Shown here one piece after another: positions 1 to 8,344 of a DNA stretch of 64,000 bases (position 1 is its first letter; each line of letters begins with the position of its first letter). Below the pieces are notes generated by a model. It saw only the letters and a program-made list of their open reading frames with translations. It did not search any database and was not told where the DNA came from. The stretch is from a virus. The stretch covers positions 1 through 64,000 of IMG/VR virus record IMGVR_UViG_3300025687_000026. One strand, given 5' to 3'. The translations under genes and the position numbers were made by a program.

Positions 1-2644
1 ATTCTTCACGATACTTGACTTGGTCAGGACGCTTGTTGTAAGCAGCGTCGTATTCCCGCTTGTGACGCATGGCCTCAGGTGATTTGCGCTCTTTAACAAG
101 CACTTCCGAGCGAAGGAAGCCGCCGGATGCCATGCGAGACGCAAGCCCTCCTTGAGATTTATTATAGCGTTCCCAAAAGGCTTTATGGGGATTTTCGACA
201 TCCCATTCAGGAAACTCCTCAGCCATTCGAGCAAGAGCGATGTTGTTGGGATGTTCAGGGTGCGATTTAGCCTCTTGTGACATCAAGAAAAACTGCTTTT
301 CACGAGGTAGAGCGGCGGTGTCTTTTGCAGCATCAAAGTAATGCTGCAGGTAACGATGATATTGGTCATACGCTTCATCAGGGTAAAGATGGTGTTTGTC
401 CGACCGAAACATGCCGCTGTAGTATTCAGTTTCATATTCACGACTGGCCGGGTCAGTCCAGTAAGATGGAACATGCTGCCCATCTTTGTTGGAGATAAAG
501 TCAGCGATGACTCGTTGCTTGTCATGCAGTTCATCGTAAGGAATGAGGGGATAACCCATGTCAAACGCTTCGTCTATAAACTCATCTGATTTTCCAAAGA
601 GGTCGAACGGATTGGTCATGCTTTGTCGGTTGTAGACTTGCTCCATGAAAGGTTGAGTAACGGCGACTGCGTTCTCAAGCGGTTGACCAAAGATACGCTT
701 GTCGTGCTCTTCGTCTCCAATGGTGCGAGTGTAGACGCCTCCGCCATCGGGGTGCATGCGAATGTCCTTACCCGCCAACACTCGTTGAATCATCTCAGGA
801 CTCTCGACGACACCGACTTGATTGCGCTCAAGCACCGAAGCCATTGGACCGCTGGCCTCCATGAAATGCCCCGGTGTGTTCATCGCTTCAACGGCGTGAC
901 CAACAACAGCACGCCTACCGGCCTGAGAGCCGTCTTGTCCAAGCACTGATGACTTGAAGCCGTGCTCAGTTTCTTGGAAAACATGCGCAGCGTCGACATA
1001 CGGGTCTTCGTCGTTGTCAATCAAGTCGTAGCGAGCATGCTTACTTTCGCCACGAAGGTCATCGGCGTTCTTGTATTTAGCATGGCCGCCAATCGGAGCA
1101 TAGGCGATGTTCATGGCCTCAGCCACTTCATTGTAGAGTTCAGGCCGCTCATCCATACCTTCTTTGGGCAGTGAAACCCACTGGTCTTTGATGCCGAAGT
1201 AGTCGTTGAAGGTCTGCTGCTTGAGCAGACGCCAAGCGAGGTCCATCGGCTCTGATGCAATTTTGCGAGCGCCACCTCGCTTGTCTCTCAATGTCTCATC
1301 CATGTCGAGTCCCAACTCATCCGCACGCTCACGGACTTTTCGCATGGCGATGTCCAAAGGTATTTTCTCGCTGAAGGGAACAAAGCCCTCTGTTTCAGGG
1401 GATGTGAACTTCCCAGTAATGGCCCGGAAAGCAGCATCGCCAATCGTCGTGTTCCAATCCCTGTTATAGCGAGCCTCAGGGGTAATTTGTAGACCAACCT
1501 CGTTCATCAAATCTCGTTGATTTTCCATGGCCGCACGCTCCCAGTCGACTGCACGCAACATTTCACGAGGAGTGCGAACGCCGAGTTTCCCTAAGCGACG
1601 ACCTTCACCCCACTTTGCGTTGATGTCTTCAAGACCAAGGGCATGCCCGAGTTCGTGCAATTTTCGCCAGTTGTCGGTAAATGCCGTGTCACTGAACCCA
1701 GCCGTGCGAACTTCCGGGTCGTAAATCGCGAGATGACCAGTTTCGTAATTCTTTTTGTTGAGGTCGGGCATCGGATAACGCCCGCCGAAGTAATACGGCT
1801 CATAACCGTAAGATGCGAGGAGTTCGTCAACATGAGGTGTCAGTTCACTCATTTGCTGAAGTGGGTATGGTTCAAAGGCTTGATTGATAGCGTAAGGGTC
1901 GTAGTAACCGTAATGCCTCATGATGTCCCAAAAACGAGGGTCCCCGGTAGAAGCGTGTTGGTCGCCACCGAGCACTTCTTCTTTCAACAACCGCCAAGCA
2001 AAGTCCATCGGTTCACCTTTGATGAATTGGGAATAGGTTGACATTTGCCCTCCGTGACTGAACGAGTCAAAGCACGATTCACAGAGGTTGTAGGTAACTG
2101 GGCTATGCGGTCGACCTCGTGCCGAATATCCAGTTTTGTATTGTGCGGGTTGCTCTTTGCAGAGTTGACACATATCATCAGGATTGAGTGTCCCAGTTTC
2201 AAGATGTGAAGGCTCATTGTAATCAATCTCGAACGCTTCGTCAGATTTACCAATGGTTGTCCCCGTAGATGCTGCACTGCGAGCCATCTCAGTGGCTCGT
2301 TGCTCCTGCTCCCGCTTTCGCTGCTCGGCTGCCTGCTGCCGCTGTTGAATGCTTTGTTGAACCATCATGGTTCGCTGCAATTTTTTGTTTTGCGGCGTGC
2401 CGCTCTGCATAGCGGCGCTGGCTTGCTCTCTGAGTTCTCCAAGACCCTCTGTGATGTTAGAGCCAGCGGTCTTAGCAGCATCGGCGACTTTACCGACCCC
2501 TGTTTTGGCTGCACCTGCGGTAGCGCTTGCTGCTTTACCTGCGGCTTTAGCCCCTGCTTTGGCTGCACCAAGACCGGCTCGTGCGACAGCGGCAATCGCT
2601 GGAAAGAACTTTTCAACATCGTCCGGGTCGAACGAGGATGTCAT
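1..2644 (-). CDS. Multidomain putative polyprotein (>880 aa, runs off window start): Ala/Lys-rich helix, CxxC..CxxC Zn finger, HExxH zincin-like domain, further domains, separated by EPMD[FL]AWRLLK / GKSDE motifs
   Basis: Absent from the ORF track because it has no stop in the window. I read the frame by hand from ATG 2644 to position 2 with no stop. HELGH at 1643-1657; GEPMDFAWRLLK 1982-2017; SEPMDLAWRLLK 1220-1255. Confidence 0.85.
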   Translation of the reverse strand, partial: MTSSFDPDDVEKFFPAIAAVARAGLGAAKAGAKAAGKAASATAGAAKTGVGKVADAAKTAGSNITEGLGELREQASAAMQSGTPQNKKLQRTMMVQQSIQQRQQAAEQRKREQEQRATEMARSAASTGTTIGKSDEAFEIDYNEPSHLETGTLNPDDMCQLCKEQPAQYKTGYSARGRPHSPVTYNLCESCFDSFSHGGQMSTYSQFIKGEPMDFAWRLLKEEVLGGDQHASTGDPRFWDIMRHYGYYDPYAINQAFEPYPLQQMSELTPHVDELLASYGYEPYYFGGRYPMPDLNKKNYETGHLAIYDPEVRTAGFSDTAFTDNWRKLHELGHALGLEDINAKWGEGRRLGKLGVRTPREMLRAVDWERAAMENQRDLMNEVGLQITPEARYNRDWNTTIGDAAFRAITGKFTSPETEGFVPFSEKIPLDIAMRKVRERADELGLDMDETLRDKRGGARKIASEPMDLAWRLLKQQTFNDYFGIKDQWVSLPKEGMDERPELYNEVAEAMNIAYAPIGGHAKYKNADDLRGESKHARYDLIDNDEDPYVDAAHVFQETEHGFKSSVLGQDGSQAGRRAVVGHAVEAMNTPGHFMEASGPMASVLERNQVGVVESPEMIQRVLAGKDIRMHPDGGGVYTRTIGDEEHDKRIFGQPLENAVAVTQPFMEQVYNRQSMTNPFDLFGKSDEFIDEAFDMGYPLIPYDELHDKQRVIADFISNKDGQHVPSYWTDPASREYETEYYSGMFRSDKHHLYPDEAYDQYHRYLQHYFDAAKDTAALPREKQFFLMSQEAKSHPEHPNNIALARMAEEFPEWDVENPHKAFWERYNKSQGGLASRMASGGFLRSEVLVKERKSPEAMRHKREYDAAYNKRPDQVKYREE

Positions 2645-2650
2645 TGGACA

Positions 2651-2992
2651 TCACAACAAGCCAAAGTAATCGTTCATCACCGAGTAGAAGGCTTTGGCGA
2701 CAGGCTCAGGCACAGCGTCTTCGGGAGCGGGGGTTTCGCCCTCAGGGTTTTCCGTCGCCTTGGGTTGAGCGGCAAGGTGCTCCTGAAGGAGACTGAAAGC
2801 ATATTCCTTTTCTTCAGGAGGCAAATCCGCCAGTTCGGCAAGAGACATGTGCATGTAATCCTGAATGTTCTTACGCAGCACACCGTCGTCCAAGGCCTTC
2901 ATGAGCAAGGCATCGAATAACGCAGCACCGTAGGTGGCGTTGAAGTGATTCATTTTGATGAGGTCAAAGGCGGCAGCGAAAGCACGGCTCAT
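2651..2992 (-). CDS. Hypothetical protein with variant N-terminal tag (MSRAFAAAFDLIK)
   Basis: ORF track 2651..3016; ATG 2992 preferred because of the tag position and a TATA-like box 27 nt upstream. Confidence 0.75.
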   Translation of the reverse strand: MSRAFAAAFDLIKMNHFNATYGAALFDALLMKALDDGVLRKNIQDYMHMSLAELADLPPEEKEYAFSLLQEHLAAQPKATENPEGETPAPEDAVPEPVAKAFYSVMNDYFGLL

Positions 2993-3009
2993 GCAACTGC
3001 GATGATGTC

Positions 3010-3019
3010 GCTTCATATA
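3010..3019 (-). promoter_or_regulatory. Putative leaderless (late) promoter TATA-like box TATATGAAGC
   Basis: Begins 27 nt upstream of ATG 2992; followed by GACATCAT, as is the copy at 4681-4690. Confidence 0.55.
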
Positions 3020-3032
3020 GCGGTTGCGCTGG

Positions 3033-3935
3033 CTACTCCACTGGCTCTCGATTTTGAATCATGTCTCGCCATTTTTGAGCACCAAGTTTCTGACCCCAGT
3101 AATACTCACTTTCACCGCGGTCTTTTTCCTCTTCACCAACAAACTCAAACAAACGACGCTGCTCAGGGTTGTCAATCATGTCGTTCATCAATTGGAGGTT
3201 ACGAAGCCCTCTTCTGTAGAGTTCTTCTTGTGTTCCAAGATACCCCGTGCGAGGGTTGCGAGCGTCATTCCAAGGCTCAAAGCGTGAAGTGTCCCCGTAA
3301 ATGTTGATGAAACTGCGTCGTTGCTCATCGGGCACTTTCAACCAATCTTTCAAACGAGGCATCGTCGATGCCCACTTCTGACCATTTTCATCGTAAGTTG
3401 GCTCTCTATGAGCGCCAAGATTCATCACTTCAAAGTCAATGGCTTTCATACCATCGTCGTAAATGCCCGTGTTTGCTTCACGAACATCCGTAACGCCTAT
3501 GGCCTGCATCAAGGGGTCCTGAATCGGCCCGTAGGTAATGAGCGGGTGCCGCACTGTGTCTCTGAATTGATTCTGAAAATCAGTTTGCTCTTGCCATGTA
3601 GTGTCGGGGTCGTTTGACAAACGAGCCTTTTCATCCGACACCACAGCGTTCGCTCTCGGCTGCGTTGTTCCGGGGTAAGGACCTTGCACAGTGCCTCCAA
3701 TTTTGTAGGCTAAAACCGGTGTTTCAGGCATGACCGGATAACCCAGTTGAGCCAAGGCGTCCATGGCGGCGATGTTTGTCATTTGCTGCCCGCCCATGTT
3801 AGGGAGTTTGATGACTTCGTTCCTGTTCCTTCTGTTTGGAAAGACCTGTCGGAACGACCCTTCACCCATGGGTAATCCTGAAACGCTCACTTTTTCCGCC
3901 TTCAACACAGCCCATGCTGCATCAAAAGCCCTCAT
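3033..3935 (-). CDS. Protein kinase-like fold protein with N-terminal AFDAAWAVLK tag
   Basis: Gly-rich loop GEGSFRQV, VIK lysine, catalytic loop DVREAN (DxxxxN), IDF (DFG equivalent). Confidence 0.7.
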   Translation of the reverse strand: MRAFDAAWAVLKAEKVSVSGLPMGEGSFRQVFPNRRNRNEVIKLPNMGGQQMTNIAAMDALAQLGYPVMPETPVLAYKIGGTVQGPYPGTTQPRANAVVSDEKARLSNDPDTTWQEQTDFQNQFRDTVRHPLITYGPIQDPLMQAIGVTDVREANTGIYDDGMKAIDFEVMNLGAHREPTYDENGQKWASTMPRLKDWLKVPDEQRRSFINIYGDTSRFEPWNDARNPRTGYLGTQEELYRRGLRNLQLMNDMIDNPEQRRLFEFVGEEEKDRGESEYYWGQKLGAQKWRDMIQNREPVE

Positions 3936-4663
3936 CGGTATTCACCTCGTGTCCACACGGGGTCGATGTTGTTGATTAACAGAGGCTTATTGAGCCGATG
4001 CAAACCCATTCGGTATTCTTCATCAGCGTCATGATGTGAGCGTGCTTGTGCGAGTTCATCTGCTCCGTAGTAACCGTATTCGGGACGCAGGATAGCGTTC
4101 ATCAATGCTTCTCTTAACTTCTCATTGGTCATGTCATGACCGAAGAGGTATTTGCTACTCTGCAATTCAATCGGAACAGGGACATCGCCGTAGCCTGCAT
4201 CACGAAGTGCCTGCATGCGATGTCGACCTTCGTGTCCTACAACTCTGAATCCACCGCCTTCTTCGGGCATGACTTTGAGGAACGGGGCGGCAATCGGCGC
4301 ACCTTGGTCCATAAACTCACGAATGGCCGTTTGTTGACCTGAGCGGTGTTCGGGTGCGGGAGCCCCTACCAATTGGTGAAATTGTTCGGGGGTCATCATC
4401 ATTTTACCGGCTTTGAGTTCAAAGCCCGAGTTTTCACCGATGGGGTAGTATTGCTTTTCTTCTCTTGTTCCGCTTTCAATCCACTCACCTGTTTCTTCAT
4501 CTTGCTTGAAGTTGGGCACAGTGTAGGTTTGCGGTAGGTGAGCAAATTGAGCATCGCCTTCAGAGCCACGAACACGCTCGTTGCTGTCCCAAATCTCGTA
4601 GGGGCCTGCGGTGTAGCGAGCCATCTTGAGCACAGCCCACGCTGCGTCAAAGGCTCCGCTCAT
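3932..4663 (-). CDS. ParB/Sulfiredoxin-like domain protein with N-terminal AFDAAWAVLK tag
   Basis: FRVVGHEGRHRMQALRDAGYGDVPV matches the ParB/Srx GxHRxxA signature. Confidence 0.65.
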   Translation of the reverse strand: MSGAFDAAWAVLKMARYTAGPYEIWDSNERVRGSEGDAQFAHLPQTYTVPNFKQDEETGEWIESGTREEKQYYPIGENSGFELKAGKMMMTPEQFHQLVGAPAPEHRSGQQTAIREFMDQGAPIAAPFLKVMPEEGGGFRVVGHEGRHRMQALRDAGYGDVPVPIELQSSKYLFGHDMTNEKLREALMNAILRPEYGYYGADELAQARSHHDADEEYRMGLHRLNKPLLINNIDPVWTRGEYR

Positions 4664-5505
4664 ACCACTGTCATGATGTCGCTTGATAAAGCATTTTTGA
4701 GACGCATCGCTATTTGCTCCGCAGCCTGCAGGCTACGCTCGTCAATGCCTGTTTCAAAGCCCCAAGCGTTGAGATGGCGAACCAATGTTTCGGTAGCAAG
4801 GTTAGCACCGCTGCCTTCAGCGAATGGGCAACCACCAAGACCCCCGATGGACGAGTCAAATTGCCGGATTCCGGCAAGCAAACCGGCTCGAACGAGTGAA
4901 ATCGCCTGTGATTCGTCTCCACGATGATGCAAATGCAGCGCTGGCGTCATTTCATTTTCAAAAGCGACCGATGCTGCTACCGAGATGTCGCTGGGACTCG
5001 CACAGCCGACCGTATCGGCAAAAACCACCGTGTCGCCGAACATTTTGGCGTCTCGAACCATGTTTTGCAGGTGTTTTCGACCAAAAGAGCCGCTATCAGG
5101 GCTTCCAAAGGCCATCGAGATGTAGACTCGGACCTTTTCCTTGGAGTAGTTGTTCAACATTTGACGATAAGTAAGCATCAACTCACCATGTCGCTTACCC
5201 ATGTTGCGCATGCAGAATGTTTCGCACGGTGAGAGGACGATGTTCACTTTTTCAGCGCCGCAGGCCATCGCACGCTCAAATCCACGCTGATTGAGCACCA
5301 AAACCGACCCTTTTCCTGTGAAAACCGCCTCGGCATCGGCCATTTGCGGCAAAATCTTGGGATGAACGAACGAAACTTCCTCGATGTGCTCGATACCGGC
5401 GTTGTAGAGAGCATTGATGAGTTCACGACGCTTTTCAGTCGGCACGACATGCGAAAGTGACTGCAAACCGTCCCGAGGACCGACCTCGTAGACGGTGACT
5501 TTCAC
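4660..5505 (-). CDS. hmgL: Hydroxymethylglutaryl-CoA lyase (DRE-TIM metallolyase), auxiliary metabolic gene
   Basis: EVGPRDGLQ, SFVHPK..PQMADA, ADTVG, HLHH metal ligands, GLGGCPFA..SGANLATE. Confidence 0.9.
   Translation of the reverse strand: MKVTVYEVGPRDGLQSLSHVVPTEKRRELINALYNAGIEHIEEVSFVHPKILPQMADAEAVFTGKGSVLVLNQRGFERAMACGAEKVNIVLSPCETFCMRNMGKRHGELMLTYRQMLNNYSKEKVRVYISMAFGSPDSGSFGRKHLQNMVRDAKMFGDTVVFADTVGCASPSDISVAASVAFENEMTPALHLHHRGDESQAISLVRAGLLAGIRQFDSSIGGLGGCPFAEGSGANLATETLVRHLNAWGFETGIDERSLQAAEQIAMRLKNALSSDIMTVV
4681..4690 (-). promoter_or_regulatory. Putative leaderless promoter TATA-like box TTTATCAAGC
   Basis: Begins 27 nt upstream of ATG 4663; lies inside the 3' end of hmgL. Confidence 0.55.
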
Positions 5506-5657
5506 TGGATGCCCCTCCGCATTCCGTTGAAGCAGGCTTGGTGAAAGGCCGCCTCGTCTTCAATGAAAACTACAGTGTCAGTGGGGTCGGGGGTAGCCAG
5601 CCACATCGTTACAAACCCCGCTATGAAAGAGAGGAAGAGCAGCGTCGGCAACAGCAT
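5502..5657 (-). CDS. Small membrane protein (51 aa, MLLPTLLFLSFIAGFVTMWLA...)
   Basis: Hand-translated, below ORF-track cutoff; hydrophobic N-terminus; its TGA overlaps the GTG start of hmgL. Confidence 0.6.
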   Translation of the reverse strand: MLLPTLLFLSFIAGFVTMWLATPDPTDTVVFIEDEAAFHQACFNGMRRGIQ

Positions 5658-5696
5658 GTGTGAGCCGAGGGCGGTGTGGAAATTAAACTTATTGAC

Positions 5697-6254
5697 TCAA
5701 AGGCCGTATTGACGGGCTGTTTTGAGGCTGTCTCGGAACTCTCGTCCTTCCCTATTTTCCCTCACATCGTTTCTGAAAGCCATGGGTGATGTCGCATCCG
5801 GCTCACCGGTAGCAATCTCTTCCGGTGTCATGGGCCTACTCGTGACATAAGGTGGTCGGTTGAGCGTAGCCCCTTCTCTAAAATCAGGAACAAAGGCGTT
5901 ATCCAAAGCCGTCATAAGTTTTGAATGAGGAGTCCCTGCTTCGTAAGAATTGATATTGCTGAGACTTCTTCGTTCAAGGTCTGAAGCGGATGAGCGACTT
6001 TCACCGGTCTGTGGGTTGGTGTGAGTGACGGTGTCGAACGGTCGCGGTCGGCTTGAGTCAAAATTGAAAGGTTTGCTCACTGACGGCGGCAATCCATACG
6101 GGTCTGTGGCCCGCTGAACCATACCGGCAATAGCAGGGTGAACTGTTTGACTGACCGAGATGTTCCCCGGCCCGCCCGAAGGAGGGCCAAACATTCGTTG
6201 ACGAGGGTCCGCTTTGAGAACAGACCATGCTGCATCGAAGGCTCTCATCATCAA
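5697..6254 (-). CDS. Hypothetical protein with AFDAAWSVLK tag
   Basis: ORF track; shares TVHPAIxGxxQR with 6251..6790. Confidence 0.75.
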   Translation of the reverse strand: MMMRAFDAAWSVLKADPRQRMFGPPSGGPGNISVSQTVHPAIAGMVQRATDPYGLPPSVSKPFNFDSSRPRPFDTVTHTNPQTGESRSSASDLERRSLSNINSYEAGTPHSKLMTALDNAFVPDFREGATLNRPPYVTSRPMTPEEIATGEPDATSPMAFRNDVRENREGREFRDSLKTARQYGL

Positions 6255-6790
6255 AACTCCCTGTAAGGAACAGAATCTCTGCTGAATCGAGAAAATATGT
6301 GCGACGGCCTCATAGGTTGCCCTTGTTCGCGCCGACGAATTGCGGCTTCTCGGAGACTTCTTGTTGGATATTGAGCAAAGAAAGCAAGGTTTTGGTCTTC
6401 ATCTTCAAAGTAAGGTAATTCTTTCACACCATGTGACCTTTGAGCAATATCAAGGCTGTGTTGAGAAGAGCCCGGACTTGGTTTTATGGTTTCGACAGGG
6501 TCTTCGTAGAGTGTGCCTAAGTCTTCAATTTTTGGACCGGGTGACGACCAATGTCGGGGAGGGTCAAATTGCATTGAAGGTCTTGCCCGATTAAAGTCCG
6601 TATATCCATCCGGCCCAACTCCACGATGAAGGCGTTGCAGCAATCCTCGAATTGCGGGGTGAACGGTTCCAAACCGCTCTTGTGTAGGCTGTGTTTCAAA
6701 CCTTCCATCGCCCCTTTGCTCAAACACTTGGTCTTCAGGGAGCGCTTTGATAACGGACCATGCTGCGTCAAAGGCTCTCATGGGTTTCAC
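6251..6790 (-). CDS. Hypothetical protein with AFDAAWSVIK tag
   Basis: ORF track; 4-nt overlaps with neighbours; segment paralogous to 5697..6254. Confidence 0.75.
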   Translation of the reverse strand: MKPMRAFDAAWSVIKALPEDQVFEQRGDGRFETQPTQERFGTVHPAIRGLLQRLHRGVGPDGYTDFNRARPSMQFDPPRHWSSPGPKIEDLGTLYEDPVETIKPSPGSSQHSLDIAQRSHGVKELPYFEDEDQNLAFFAQYPTRSLREAAIRRREQGQPMRPSHIFSRFSRDSVPYREF

Positions 6791-7215
6791 TCTCCGAAGT
6801 GATAATCAGTTAACGGCATGGCTTCACGGGTGCGGAAACCGGGGCGAGGTGTCGTTGGCGCTCGCTCTCCACGACGCATCTCACGGGGTTTGCCCGCTGA
6901 GAGCGGCATCGTTTGGCCCGTTGAGCCAAGAGGAACATCGGTGTCGATGGGGCGAGGAGCGGCCGCTACAGGAGCCTGCTCCACGAACGGGTTGAATGGC
7001 TCGCCGCCGGGCTGTGAAAACGCACCCCGGCTATCTCGGGGGTCAGGCAAGTTTCGCATAGCGTCGATGCGGGCCTGATGGAATGCGTTAGCGCCAGCCA
7101 TAGCATCGTCACGAAGCGCCATGCGCCCTTCACGGCCCAGCGTGCGCTGACCACGATAGGAGTTCACATCGTATTGCTTGATGATGGACCAAGCGGCGTC
7201 AAAGGGTCGGACCAT
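6787..7215 (-). CDS. Hypothetical protein with PFDAAWSIIK tag
   Basis: ORF track; tag at N-terminus. Confidence 0.75.
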   Translation of the reverse strand: MVRPFDAAWSIIKQYDVNSYRGQRTLGREGRMALRDDAMAGANAFHQARIDAMRNLPDPRDSRGAFSQPGGEPFNPFVEQAPVAAAPRPIDTDVPLGSTGQTMPLSAGKPREMRRGERAPTTPRPGFRTREAMPLTDYHFGE

Positions 7216-7232
7216 AAACTTCTGACAAGGCT

Positions 7233-7242
7233 GCTTGATAAA
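7233..7242 (-). promoter_or_regulatory. Putative leaderless promoter TATA-like box TTTATCAAGC
   Basis: Identical 10-mer to 4681-4690, again 27 nt upstream of an ATG (7215). Confidence 0.55.
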
Positions 7243-7245
7243 AGA

Positions 7246-8340
7246 TTATTGGATGTAATTTGCCCGTGTCCTTCGAGCCATCTCCGATGCGTCGTCCATA
7301 GGGAAAAGCGGTTGATTGGCCTCCCAAGCGGCGTAGTCTGACTCCAAAAGACCGGGAAGCCGACTTTGTGAAAAGATTCGCGAACCGTAAGCGGGATTGG
7401 GAAGACGCATAGGCGCATCTTGCACAAGCCCGTAGGATGGATTGCTGTAATGGGAATCTATCCCCTTTTCGCGCTGTGCGTTTTTTAGACTGTTAATCAC
7501 TCTTCGTCTTTCATAGTCAAAACCACCATTATCACGAGCAAGGATTTCACGAGCCGCCTCGGTCGGGACAATGATGTCCCGGTTACGATGGTAATGTGGT
7601 CTTCCTGCTATTGGTCCCGGCACCTCAAGGTCACGAGTTCGATAAGACTCGCTTGAGCGGTCAAAAAAGGGCACGGTGATACGATGCGGTCCGCGCAGGT
7701 CGCCCCAATCGCCGCCCGGCCCGTGTTTGCCGGGGAAGTAAGGAGCGTGGGTGTAGTGATGGTCGTCATATTCGCTGTCACCCGATGAATCAAATATCGT
7801 GCTAACATCTATGTCGTCAGGTAGCGTGCGAATGAACTTTTTGTGAAACGGGTCGGACATTTCGTTGCGTGAATGTGAAGTCAATGGGAAACCATGCCGA
7901 ATGAGATTTTCAATCAGTTCACGGTAGTAGCCCTTGCGTCGATGCTGTGCGGGGACCTCACCGGCAAAATCGCTGATTTGATTTTCTCTGTTAGTGTGGA
8001 TTTCAGCCAACCGTTCCCCTGCTTCGTCTTCAAGGGCATAGGTGACAGCGTCATCAAATTGAAACCCTGCTGCAGTTGGATTCTCAAATGTCCTTACGAT
8101 GCGAGCAGGCATTCTTCTGCGGGCGACATAACGCTCACGCTGCCGTGGGTTATTCAGAACTTCTTCAAGACCTTCGAGGAAAGGCCCCATCTGACGAGGC
8201 CCCTCATCCGCAAAGCCACGGCCATCTCTTCGCCTGCTTCGCCTGCTATCAGCAATCATCTGCCCTTCGTAGCCGGGAAGCCTTGACTGCCGATTGACTT
8301 GTTTAAGCAGCAACCACGCTTGCTCAAACGCTTCCGACAT
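7246..8340 (-). CDS. GNAT-like acetyltransferase domain protein with MSEAFEQAWLLLK tag
   Basis: VPAQHRRKGYYRELIENL resembles GNAT acetyl-CoA binding motif A; start moved to the tag Met at 8340. Confidence 0.55.
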   Translation of the reverse strand: MSEAFEQAWLLLKQVNRQSRLPGYEGQMIADSRRSRRRDGRGFADEGPRQMGPFLEGLEEVLNNPRQRERYVARRRMPARIVRTFENPTAAGFQFDDAVTYALEDEAGERLAEIHTNRENQISDFAGEVPAQHRRKGYYRELIENLIRHGFPLTSHSRNEMSDPFHKKFIRTLPDDIDVSTIFDSSGDSEYDDHHYTHAPYFPGKHGPGGDWGDLRGPHRITVPFFDRSSESYRTRDLEVPGPIAGRPHYHRNRDIIVPTEAAREILARDNGGFDYERRRVINSLKNAQREKGIDSHYSNPSYGLVQDAPMRLPNPAYGSRIFSQSRLPGLLESDYAAWEANQPLFPMDDASEMARRTRANYIQ

Positions 8341-8344
8341 GCTT

